DNA from: an uncultured Candidatus Bathyarchaeia archaeon
GTDB lineage: Archaea > Thermoproteota > Bathyarchaeia > Bathyarchaeales > Bathycorpusculaceae
DNA: 64,000 nt
Assembly: GCA_964506875.1 (NCBI GenBank)
Contig: CAZDNV010000001.1
Span: 4,853-68,852 of the forward strand
Reading direction: 5' to 3'
In this document: piece after piece, positions 25,882 to 34,813 of the stretch
Layout: every line of letters begins with the position of its first letter
Position numbering within the stretch: position 1 is the first letter of the stretch
Notes under the pieces: generated by a model
What the model was told of the DNA's origin: nothing
The model's input: the letters and a program-made list of their open reading frames with translations, nothing else
Databases searched by the model: none
Program-made: the position numbers and the translations under genes

Positions 25882-28095
25882 TCACGACGTTGCGTATTGA
25901 TCATAGATTGATAGCGCCCCTATTGAATTGCATGATGGACACTTGTGCAGCAGGCCAAACCAGCTTCTTTTGCAGCTGAGGCAGTAGGTTAATCTACGCC
26001 TAAATGTGAGAAACTCCAGACTGCAGTTTTCGACAGCTTGCTTTGTCACAGACAGAAGCTCATCTGGTTTGTATTCGAGGTCGCCAAGCTCTATAACCGC
26101 TAGGCTACCGCCTATGCTCAGCCCTCGTAGCTGCCTCTCAACGTCTGAAGCCTCTGGTGGAATCTGGCCACCTTTAAGAGCCAGCCTACTGACCGTAGAG
26201 TAGAATGGTTTTTCCCTTATGCCTGAAAACTTGGCCGTTCCAAGACCATACTTGTCGACGTCCAATTGCGCGAGTCTCTCAGAGGCTTCAGTTTCATACA
26301 AGACAGCCGGAAGCAAGCGTTTTCCGCTTTTCCTGCCGATCTTGTGAGTGTAGTCTAAGATGATTTGGATTACGTCCTGCATCCATTTTCGGGCCTTCTC
26401 GTCCTCATAAACGCTCTTCCCACTAAGCAGCTCCACGGTCTCCTTTAGCCCGACCAAGTTAATCAAACGCGAAGATACTCCAGGCTTGAAATACTGATCT
26501 CCGTTAATGCTTTGCGCGAGAAACGGAAGCAACTCTTTTCCATGTCGCTTTAGCGATCCATATTTGACGTCAAATGCGCGAGCCGCTATCTCAAGTCTTT
26601 CTTTCAGCAACTCAGAGAACTTCGTTTTGTCTTTCTCACATTCATATGCGATTCTAGGCAGATTGACCGTTACAGTTCCCAAACAACCCACGCGCAATGT
26701 GTCTATTTCCCAATCACCACTCGACTCTGTCATAAATCTGCGACCAGAACCCGAGAAGACAGTTTGTCCTTGGCTGCCATTTGATAGGCAAGCAAAGCAG
26801 ATAGTCCCTCTCTCTCCTGCTAGACCGTGAGCCTTCAGAAGTAGCGCATTTGCCCTGTTATCGCTAAATGCTTCCTGCCGTGTCTTGACAACAATCTTTG
26901 GATTAAGCAGTGGCTTGAGCCTGTTCTCCTCAATGCAGATGTCTAGGATAACAGACGCCAAGAGCTGAGCCTCTTCAAGGAAGCCTCCGTATTCTCCGGC
27001 CGTTTTCCCCGCAAGGCCTACAGCAGTTTTCTTAGCTATGAAGTCAGGGATAGTTAGTTCCAGGCCTATTGAAATGTTCAAGTGGTGAGTTATGCTGGAA
27101 ATGAATAGGCTCAGCAACTCCTTGATCCTTGCCGGCTCTACTCCTCGTGCGAAGGGAGCCAGAAAAACGTTGAAGTAGTCAAGATGCTGTGCACTGTCCA
27201 CTTCTTTCGCTGAGCTTAGAAGAACGTCGAGAGTTAAGGATAAGGCTGACTCAAAGCTATGTGGAGGCAACGAAGAAGATTGGTGGCCGTTTGATTCTTC
27301 GAGAGTTGCGCCATTCTGATAGAAGAACCTCAAGTCATGCATTATCTCACTTGGCTTTAGGGTCCATGAGCCTAGGTCTTTGATGTGGATTGCACCAGAC
27401 AAGTGTGCGTCAGAGATGTCTCTGGGCAATGCTTTTAGTAGCATGTATTCTCTGAGAACTGCCTCTCCAGCTGTTTCGCAGACAGAAGAGGAACTGTGGG
27501 TGGTTTTGCTTCTTCCTTCGACAAGCATGGCAACTTCGTGAACGGGAAGCCCTAAGCGAGTAAGCTCGTGACGATAATCCTCTAATCCCTTCTCTATCAA
27601 GATGGCATTTACGATTTCTCTTACAAGAGGTGCTGTCAAGTATCTTGTTTTCGATTTGATCAGCCGCTTTTCGGCTTCTTTGGCTACTTTCTGAGCCAGT
27701 TCAGCAGGCACTTTCGCCTCTCTTATTAGAGAGTTTGCAATCCTGTTGGCATCAAACTCTTCTAGAGCAAACCTAGAAGCGCGGATGATAATTCCCTTCT
27801 GCTTAGAAGCCTTCTTCTCAACGCGGTCAGCAACCTCCAATATCATTTTGCCTAGGTCAGTTAAGCAGTACTTTCTTGTTTCAACGTCGGCCTCAAGCAG
27901 ATCTGCCTTCAAAAGGAATTTAAGGTGATAAGCGAACCTGCCAGCATCCCTGCTGGGGTTCATCTTCAGGGAACTCATCAGCTCCGTGTAGGAAAGGGGT
28001 CCTTTGTCAAGGAGCAAGTTAAGGATCTGCAGTCTGAGTGGTGACGATACTGCTTTGAGCACTTTGACTCCGCGCACCCGATGTGGAGCAGACAA
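25882..28095 (-). CDS. wHTH + ATP-cone + class III ribonucleotide reductase (NrdD)-like protein, probably non-catalytic
   Basis: 737 aa. ArsR-like N-terminus (LRLQILNLLLDKGPLSYTEL), ATP-cone (IIIRASRFALEEFDANRIANSLI..), NrdD core (..GTVTVNLPRIAYE), C-terminal CLSC..CPSC ribbon. See the finding for the missing Cys and Gly. Confidence 0.75.
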   Translation of the reverse strand: MSAPHRVRGVKVLKAVSSPLRLQILNLLLDKGPLSYTELMSSLKMNPSRDAGRFAYHLKFLLKADLLEADVETRKYCLTDLGKMILEVADRVEKKASKQKGIIIRASRFALEEFDANRIANSLIREAKVPAELAQKVAKEAEKRLIKSKTRYLTAPLVREIVNAILIEKGLEDYRHELTRLGLPVHEVAMLVEGRSKTTHSSSSVCETAGEAVLREYMLLKALPRDISDAHLSGAIHIKDLGSWTLKPSEIMHDLRFFYQNGATLEESNGHQSSSLPPHSFESALSLTLDVLLSSAKEVDSAQHLDYFNVFLAPFARGVEPARIKELLSLFISSITHHLNISIGLELTIPDFIAKKTAVGLAGKTAGEYGGFLEEAQLLASVILDICIEENRLKPLLNPKIVVKTRQEAFSDNRANALLLKAHGLAGERGTICFACLSNGSQGQTVFSGSGRRFMTESSGDWEIDTLRVGCLGTVTVNLPRIAYECEKDKTKFSELLKERLEIAARAFDVKYGSLKRHGKELLPFLAQSINGDQYFKPGVSSRLINLVGLKETVELLSGKSVYEDEKARKWMQDVIQIILDYTHKIGRKSGKRLLPAVLYETEASERLAQLDVDKYGLGTAKFSGIREKPFYSTVSRLALKGGQIPPEASDVERQLRGLSIGGSLAVIELGDLEYKPDELLSVTKQAVENCSLEFLTFRRRLTYCLSCKRSWFGLLHKCPSCNSIGALSIYDQYATS

Positions 28096-28190
28096 GCTTG
28101 CTCAGACCTCTGAAGCACAGCAATTTCAGTGAGTAAGAGCTTAAAGGTTTAGGAGCACTTATTCTTATGGCTTTAGAAGAAGCATAGGAA

Positions 28191-28268
28191 GGGGCTGTCG
28201 GCTAGTTTGGTCTAGGCTTGGAGCCTCGGGCGCTCTAGACCCCGGTTCAAATCCGGGCAGCCCCACCA
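28191..28268 (+). tRNA. tRNA-Pro (CGG), CCA encoded
   Basis: Hand fold: acceptor GGGGCTG/CAGCCCC, anticodon arm GGAGC-CTCGGGC-GCTCT, T arm CCCGG-TTCAAAT-CCGGG, discriminator A, CCA. Confidence 0.9.
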
Positions 28269-28471
28269 CTCTAGAACTGAATGTGTACTGTTTCCTCAAA
28301 CATTTCCCCCCTTTTTGTAATTTGGCCAAAGCAGGTGAATGTTTTCGTTTTCTAGTCTCGCTCGGCGTGAGGCGCGAAAATTGTTGGTTGCAGACTAAAC
28401 CTAAAATTCAAGAAAAAGTCAGGCTGCACAGTTAACGCGACGTGCACGTGAGTACCCTAAACAGCACGGGT

Positions 28472-29596
28472 TCAGCTAGCTTTTCCAACCATGTCAACGA
28501 TGCGATTGACTTGATCGCTTAGAGGTTCTGGCAGTCCCATTATGCCGACGTCCATGAAACCACGGATAATCAGCGAAACCGCCTGTTCTCGAGTGAGTCT
28601 CCGTGTCATGAGGTATGTGATCTCCTTTTCTGAAATCTTGCCCACAGCTGCTTCATGGGTTATCTCAGCGCCTTTTCTTCTTGCAATGAGCTCGGGAATT
28701 GACTGTATCAGAGATTCGTCATCGATAAGCAGACCTTTGCATTCCAAGTGGCCTTTACATTCTTCACTGTTTCCCTCAACTAAGCCTCTGACAATCAGCT
28801 TTGAGCCCTCCCTTGCGATGGCCCGACTGATCATCTCAGCTTTACTGCCCTTTCCCGTAAGAACTGCCTTTGAGCCAATGTCCAGAAGCGAATTTCTGTT
28901 GCCGTAAAGGATAGTGTTGAAGCTGACTTTCGAGTTCTCGCCGTTACAGAAGGCTGCAGGATACATCTGAACATCCTTCACAGGTCTGAGACAGATGTAG
29001 TTTGACACAAACGTTCCATTGTCATCAATCATCGCACCGCTTCTGGGTCGAACAAGTGTTTGCTCGCTCCAGCTGTGAACCATCGTAAAGCTCAGTATTG
29101 CATCTTTCTTTACGTAAAACTCCGAAATCCCGATGTGCGAAGCCTTGTTAGCTGAAAGATGCTGGACGCAGCTGCTTATGATGTGAGCTTTTGATCCCTC
29201 CTCAGCAATGATGACGTTGTGTATCCGCTGCTCCAGGTTGTCTTCCGTTATCATCAAGCAAGATTGTAGTGGAAACGTAACCTCCGCGTGCGGCAATATT
29301 CGCATGAAGTATCCCCCGTTGAAGTCATCTGCAACTCTCTTCGTGAACTCATCTTTCTCCTTGGCAACGGCTTTCCACATGTAATCCTCAAGCCAAGGAT
29401 ACTTGTTAAGCGCCACTTTCGTGTCCATAAGCTCCACTTTGCCCTTGAACGCTTCGTTGACCTTGGAGTATATTGTAGATTGGTCAACGAGGTAGAACGT
29501 GCCTGAGCGGCTCTTTTCGTCGGAGGACATGCCGGCCTTCATTGCTTGTTCAAGAATCTTGTGAGGGACGCTCGTCAACTCGTTCTTCTGTGCCAA
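28472..29596 (-). CDS. sufB: Fe-S cluster assembly scaffold protein, SufB/SufD family
   Basis: 374 aa SufBD-like beta-helix protein immediately downstream of sufC (1-nt gap). Confidence 0.8.
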   Translation of the reverse strand: MAQKNELTSVPHKILEQAMKAGMSSDEKSRSGTFYLVDQSTIYSKVNEAFKGKVELMDTKVALNKYPWLEDYMWKAVAKEKDEFTKRVADDFNGGYFMRILPHAEVTFPLQSCLMITEDNLEQRIHNVIIAEEGSKAHIISSCVQHLSANKASHIGISEFYVKKDAILSFTMVHSWSEQTLVRPRSGAMIDDNGTFVSNYICLRPVKDVQMYPAAFCNGENSKVSFNTILYGNRNSLLDIGSKAVLTGKGSKAEMISRAIAREGSKLIVRGLVEGNSEECKGHLECKGLLIDDESLIQSIPELIARRKGAEITHEAAVGKISEKEITYLMTRRLTREQAVSLIIRGFMDVGIMGLPEPLSDQVNRIVDMVGKAS

Positions 29597-29597
29597 G

Positions 29598-30353
29598 TTA
29601 CCACTCTTCTGTTACTTTTTCTCGGCATCTCACGCATTCTTCGTACCCGGCTCTCTTTATGTCCTCGTAGATCCTCTCAGGATCAACAAAGCAGTGCAGT
29701 CTGCCTTCAAGCAGAACGCAGGCGTGCTTCGCTTTTATGTACTCCAGAATGTCGCCTTTATGCGTGATCATCAGAGCTGAACTTCCAGTGTCTGTGATAT
29801 ACTGTTGGATTTCACCTGCGACCAGCTTCAAGCTTTCTATGTCAACGCCTGAGTCGGGTTCATCTAGAAGGATGAGTTGGGGTTTGAGGAATATCATCTG
29901 AAGAACCTCGGCTCTCTTACGCTCTCCTCCTGAGAAACCAACATTAATGTCCCTGTTCAGAAAATCAGTCAGCTTGAAGGCTTGAATTAGCTTTGTCTCG
30001 CTTTCGCTGAATTTGTCCTTCACGTTTTTGCCAAGACACAGCTTCAAAACATCTGCTAGTTTGACCCCAGCAATGTCCGGCGGGTTCTGAAAACCGATGA
30101 ACATCCCTAGTTTTGACCGCTCATCCACTCCTTTTCCGGTGATGTCTTCGCCTCGAAAGATGATTCTTCCGGACGCCATTTCCTGAGGAGGAGACAGCGT
30201 TCCCATCATAGCGTTGATTAGTGTTGTCTTGCCGGAACCGTTCGGCCCGAAAAGGATGTGGCTTTCCTGACTTTTCACCCTCAAGCTGACGTTATCGAGA
30301 ACAATTTTGCTTCCGACTCTAACAGTGAGATTTTTAACTTCCAAAATGTTCAT
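29598..30353 (-). CDS. sufC: Fe-S cluster assembly ATPase SufC
   Basis: GPNGSGKTT, FSGGERKR and LILLDEPDSGVD. Start set to the ATG at 30353 (MNILEVKNL) with GAGGG upstream. The ORF track extends to 30371. Confidence 0.9.
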   Translation of the reverse strand: MNILEVKNLTVRVGSKIVLDNVSLRVKSQESHILFGPNGSGKTTLINAMMGTLSPPQEMASGRIIFRGEDITGKGVDERSKLGMFIGFQNPPDIAGVKLADVLKLCLGKNVKDKFSESETKLIQAFKLTDFLNRDINVGFSGGERKRAEVLQMIFLKPQLILLDEPDSGVDIESLKLVAGEIQQYITDTGSSALMITHKGDILEYIKAKHACVLLEGRLHCFVDPERIYEDIKRAGYEECVRCREKVTEEW

Positions 30354-30722
30354 TGCGCTGCCCTCATGCAACGCTAGAGTCTAGTGCAAATAAACTTTCT
30401 TTTACTAGGAAGCCAGTCGATCAACAATGCCTCATGTAATCGTCAGTGTAGAGTATTGATAAGACTCCAGTAATAGCGAATCCTAGAGTAAAGCCGTAAG
30501 CCATAATAAAAATGCCTCCAAGGGCTTAGCCGACTACGTTAGCCAGTAGGCGGAGAGAAGCGCCCGCAAGTCAAACAGAAATAGACTTCTTACATGGACA
30601 TGCAAACTCAAGCGTGTTTACAAGAAACTGCTCTAACCCCGTATGGATCAGCGATTTGAAAAACAGAACATTACAAGCGCGCGCGATTTCGAAAGTCAGC
30701 CTGAAAAAAAATCGTCCATGCC

Positions 30723-31424
30723 TTAACTCATAGGCTGTTTGAGGTGTAGAACTTTCCGCAACGCCAAAAGAAGAGGAACACCAACTGCTAAAGTCGCTAT
30801 TACCACGAGTACATCTTCTATGTAGGAGTCAATCGCTCCAACAACAAAAATGCCGTAAACAACGTCAGGAGAAGAAGTGATAATGTTGTACAATCCTACT
30901 GGAATCAACAGAAACACTCGCGCCAAAGCGTCAGTTGCCACGGCAACAAAAGAGACTAGGACAAGCGACGCCGGAAGGAGTTTCACCCCTTCGTTGAAGA
31001 GGTTTCTGCTTAATCTTGCAGCCGGATAAACCAAAATGAATGCTAGAAGAAGGTCCAGAATAGTCCAAAGCGGAAGCCACCTTCCAAAAGGGTGAACAAA
31101 GTAGGGGACAAGCATGACCGCATAAACAACTATCACTGGTTTCCATTGCCGCTTCGCCAGGAAACCAGCGGCCAAAGCACTCAATGGCTCTGCAGCTATG
31201 CCGAACATCCAAACGTCACTGGGCTTAATGGCTCTGGCTAAGGTGCTCCCGATCAGCGCGGCCGAAAGACCTGCCCAAGGACCCAGTACAATTCCCACGA
31301 TTGGCGTTAGATAAATGGAACAGTTGCGCCACAAGCCGAAAGACATGAAGTATAGAATCACATGCAATGATGCGAAAACTCCGATGAAGGCGATGATCTT
31401 AGTAGAAAAATGCTTCATTTTCAA
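30723..31424 (-). CDS. polytopic membrane protein (about 6 TM), function unknown
   Basis: 233 aa, hydrophobic throughout. Possibly an ECF S-component-like protein, but not verifiable here. Confidence 0.55.
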   Translation of the reverse strand: MKMKHFSTKIIAFIGVFASLHVILYFMSFGLWRNCSIYLTPIVGIVLGPWAGLSAALIGSTLARAIKPSDVWMFGIAAEPLSALAAGFLAKRQWKPVIVVYAVMLVPYFVHPFGRWLPLWTILDLLLAFILVYPAARLSRNLFNEGVKLLPASLVLVSFVAVATDALARVFLLIPVGLYNIITSSPDVVYGIFVVGAIDSYIEDVLVVIATLAVGVPLLLALRKVLHLKQPMS

Positions 31425-31868
31425 TCGAATGTAACTTTTTACACAGAGTTAAAAATATTTTGCTTTCAGAATATGCGTTCTCAAACCTGAAAAGTGGAGT
31501 TTGAAGGCTTGTTTAAACATTATGAGGGTAGAGTTTCGCCCAAGATTGTGAGGTAAAGTTTCGGGTACGATGCCGACTATTTCGATCGATAATAGAGAAA
31601 TTTGTTTGAAAAAATCTTTTGTGAGTGCATACCTCTTTGTTGGGGTGCGCTTAATTGGTTTTAAGCAAGGCAAAAAGACCATTCAGAGCCCGGGCGGGGG
31701 ATTTTCTGGTAGCGCGCGCACTTCCACTTCATTGTCATTCAAAGTGTTTAACAATTGAGAGGTGACATCTACTCTTGTACAAAGTCTCCCATTATTCGCT
31801 GACGCCCGCATTATCTATTTATGTGCGTATGTACATTGCAGCGCACGTGGAGTGAGATGATTGTACGA

Positions 31869-32018
31869 ATGAAAGTCTTTCTTGTTGCACCATTGTTCAG
31901 CGAGGCTGAGCGAGAGTTCAATTCCAAAATAGCCAAGAGACTGAGAGAAAACGGGTTTGAGGTCTGGCTTGCCCAAGAAGCTCCTTTCATTCAGCAGCCT
32001 ACAACGCAACCTATCTAG
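31869..32018 (+). pseudogene. N-terminal remnant of a nucleoside 2-deoxyribosyltransferase-like gene
   Basis: MKVFLVAPLFSEAEREFNSKIAKRLRENGFEVWLAQE matches the conserved N-terminus of NDT-like proteins. The ORF stops after about 50 aa and no continuation is found in any frame. Confidence 0.5.
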
Positions 32019-32176
32019 TCTCAGAATTCACAATCAGTGCGATCGTGATATTCATACTGCTCAAGAGAAACATACTCTACATCTACACATAGGTGTCTTG
32101 CAGAATAGTCTTAGAAATAAACCTGGTGCATTTGAATGCACATTCAAAAAACTAATAACAAGCGAAAAAGAAGGGA

Positions 32177-32392
32177 ATGAACGGGATGGCAAGCTCAGGA
32201 GCGATCGCGGGTTTTACTCTTTTTCTGACAGGGCTCGTTATCAGTGTTATCACCGGCATGAGTTTTGTGACAGGATTGTTGTCTGGACCTGTCATAACTG
32301 TGTTGCAGTCTTATTACCTAGGGTTTCTCCTAGCCGTCTTCCTGATGCTCATCGGTTTGTTGTTTTCGCCCTTTTCAAATAGCATGCACTGA
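32177..32392 (+). CDS. small two-TM hypothetical membrane protein
   Basis: 71 aa with two clear hydrophobic helices. No other support. Confidence 0.3.
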   Translation: MNGMASSGAIAGFTLFLTGLVISVITGMSFVTGLLSGPVITVLQSYYLGFLLAVFLMLIGLLFSPFSNSMH

Positions 32393-32440
32393 AGTATCGT
32401 GCAACGTCACTCAAACTGTCAATCTAACCTGTCGATGGCC

Positions 32441-32779
32441 TCAGTCCTCATCATAAACGGTTCCAGCAGAATAGCCGAATGGACTGAACATGTCAGCAGC
32501 TGACGCGTAAAGAAGAAGCAGATACTTCTTTACGTCCGAGTTTGTGTTTTTCTCTACCAGCTCTTCTGCTGTAACCCTTCTCTCGTACCGTTTGTTCTCG
32601 GCGCTGGTGAAAAGGAACTTCACATTCTTTCCAGCCCCACTCCCATTTGGGTTCGGGGAGGGGCAACCCATCTTCAACGATTCCAGACAAAGGGCTCTAG
32701 GGTCTAACGCATTCAGCTTTTGGTCTATAAGGTCTCTTTCTTGTTCGCCTTTGTTTGTGATAAGAGCATTCATGGACAC
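32441..32779 (-). CDS. hypothetical protein (112 aa)
   Basis: ORF only. No recognisable family. Confidence 0.35.
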   Translation of the reverse strand: MSMNALITNKGEQERDLIDQKLNALDPRALCLESLKMGCPSPNPNGSGAGKNVKFLFTSAENKRYERRVTAEELVEKNTNSDVKKYLLLLYASAADMFSPFGYSAGTVYDED

Positions 32780-32978
32780 GAACTACTAGAAAACCATTAT
32801 CCACATATTTGCAGCCACAAGGTAGAGTAACCGTTTCAGTCGTCAGCCAACCCTCTTGGTTATGATAAGGTAATAGTCGGATTATAAGTCAATCTTCTTG
32901 TTGCTATTGTGGTGAGATGACTTGAGAATCTTCTTACATCAAGACTCTATGGGAATATGATTTTATCCTAGAACGTAC

Positions 32979-33692
32979 TTGTCAAACGTTCACAGGCTCA
33001 GATGGGGCATCTGCCGCTGGGTCATGCCTATAGCCTTATTAAATCCCCGGGTCTCTTCTGGCTGTAAAAAGGAGGAAAACGAATCGTTCGCTGTCGGTCA
33101 CCTCGCTCTGGGCTATCTTTCAGGCAGGCTTTCAGCCAAAGCCTTGAGCACGAGAATCAACGTTCCCATGTGCTTTACTCTGTCAGTCTTGGCAGATGTT
33201 GACATCCTTTTTGAGCAGTTCATTGAGCATCGTGGACCGACGCACTCCCTTGTGACGGCATTTGTAGTGTTCGCCCCATTTTTCGTCCTCTTCCGCAAAA
33301 GGGCGGTGCCATACTTCCTGGCTTTTGTCCAGCATTCTTTCATAGGCGATTACTTGACTGGTGGACGTATCCAACTGCTATGGCCGCTGTCAACACAGTA
33401 TTACGGGTTCAGCATGAGCATAATGAGCTCTACGAGCGTAGCACTGGAATGGTTATTGTTCATCGTGTCGCTTCTTGTTATGCTAAGAGCTGGCGACGTT
33501 AATGGATTCTTCAAAGCTCATGATTCCAGCTTGATACTTTCCATTCCAACGTTTGCGGTTCTGATGCCAACGATTCTAAGCTTCCCTTTGAGTGTTCCCG
33601 TTTGGCTCATACCGCCACATCTAATCTATACATTCATGTTCTTGGTCGCTGTGATCCTCGCCGTTTTAGGCCTTGCTCGGCGCTACTCCTAG
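32979..33692 (+). CDS. membrane-bound metal-dependent hydrolase (DUF457/YdjM-like)
   Basis: GHLALGYL, ADVDIL and HRGPTHSL motifs with 5-6 TM segments. The start is probably downstream of 32979. Confidence 0.6.
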   Translation: MSNVHRLRWGICRWVMPIALLNPRVSSGCKKEENESFAVGHLALGYLSGRLSAKALSTRINVPMCFTLSVLADVDILFEQFIEHRGPTHSLVTAFVVFAPFFVLFRKRAVPYFLAFVQHSFIGDYLTGGRIQLLWPLSTQYYGFSMSIMSSTSVALEWLLFIVSLLVMLRAGDVNGFFKAHDSSLILSIPTFAVLMPTILSFPLSVPVWLIPPHLIYTFMFLVAVILAVLGLARRYS

Positions 33693-34675
33693 GTTAGAAA
33701 CTGCTTGTAGACGGGATGCACATCGAACTTCAGTGTGGTCTCAGACATCTCAACGGTGCCGCTTGGGAGTCTTACGCAGATTGAGCTCACGATTGCTCCA
33801 CTGGGAATAAAGCGCACACCATCCAGAAGCTCACCTTTGGTCACGCCTGAGGCTGCAAAAACGAGCTCCTTGCCCTTTGCCAGATCATTCTCGCTATAAA
33901 TTCTGTTCGCATCCACTCCTTCCGTTTTCAGCCTGCCTAGCCTTCCTTGATCATTCTTCCTGTCTTGCCAAACCTTGACGAGCATTGTTCCACCTAGGCA
34001 CTTCACAGCAGTCGCTGCAATAGTTGCTTCAGGACCTGCTCCAGCGCCTATCAAGAGGTCAACGCCCGTACCTGGGGTGCACGTGGCCACTGCAGCGGCG
34101 ATGTCCCCATCAGGAATCAGAATAATTCTCACGCCTAGGTTTCTGAGGGCCTTCAGGATGTCCAAGTGCCTGTCACGTTCTAACATTATGACAGTGAAGT
34201 TGCCAATAGGAAGACCCTTTTCACGCGCTACTGTCCGTACGATTTCTTCAATTGACATATCCAAAGATATCTTGCCAATCGAATGGCAATCCGTTGCAAC
34301 CTTGAAATAATATCCGTCATCAGGAAGGACTTGGAAGCAGCCGGGAGGCGCACAGGAAAGCGCGGAAATAGCGTCTTTTCTGCCCTTAGAAGCAGCTGCG
34401 GTTCCGTCAACAGGGTCCACGACAAACTCAACTTTTGGACCTTTGCCGGTTCCGACCCTTTCTCTACGCATGAAAGCGGGTGCATTGTCCTTGGGCCCTT
34501 CGCATGCGATGACTTCGCCCTCAACATCCGTTTGAGCCAGTACAGCTCTTGAAAACTCAACTGCTTTTGCGTCTATCAGGTCAGGATCGCCTTGACCGAT
34601 ATGTCGCGCTGCCCCAATCGCTGCGGCAACGGTGATTCGCGTGAGTGAAGGTGCCAATGCCCTCAGCGAGACCAA
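33689..34675 (-). CDS. glpX: class II (GlpX-type) fructose-1,6-bisphosphatase
   Basis: LTRITVAAAIGAARHIGQGD, EGPKDNAP and VVDPVDGT are characteristic GlpX blocks. Confidence 0.75.
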   Translation of the reverse strand: MVSLRALAPSLTRITVAAAIGAARHIGQGDPDLIDAKAVEFSRAVLAQTDVEGEVIACEGPKDNAPAFMRRERVGTGKGPKVEFVVDPVDGTAAASKGRKDAISALSCAPPGCFQVLPDDGYYFKVATDCHSIGKISLDMSIEEIVRTVAREKGLPIGNFTVIMLERDRHLDILKALRNLGVRIILIPDGDIAAAVATCTPGTGVDLLIGAGAGPEATIAATAVKCLGGTMLVKVWQDRKNDQGRLGRLKTEGVDANRIYSENDLAKGKELVFAASGVTKGELLDGVRFIPSGAIVSSICVRLPSGTVEMSETTLKFDVHPVYKQFLT

Positions 34676-34813
34676 ACCTACACCAGCAAGGCTAGTCTTC
34701 TTCGTCTGCTCTAAAAGGATTTTCTGTTGCTTGTGCAGAAATCTGCATCGAAGTCGATACTCAACCCCAGTGCACTCAATGGCCTGGACACTTTTGCGAT
34801 TCTATGAGCCTTC

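Noticed and set aside
32441-32779. The 112-aa ORF as a C-terminal fragment of a family B DNA polymerase (..Y..A......FGY pattern).
   Set aside because: The resemblance rests on a handful of residues. It cannot be supported without a profile search.
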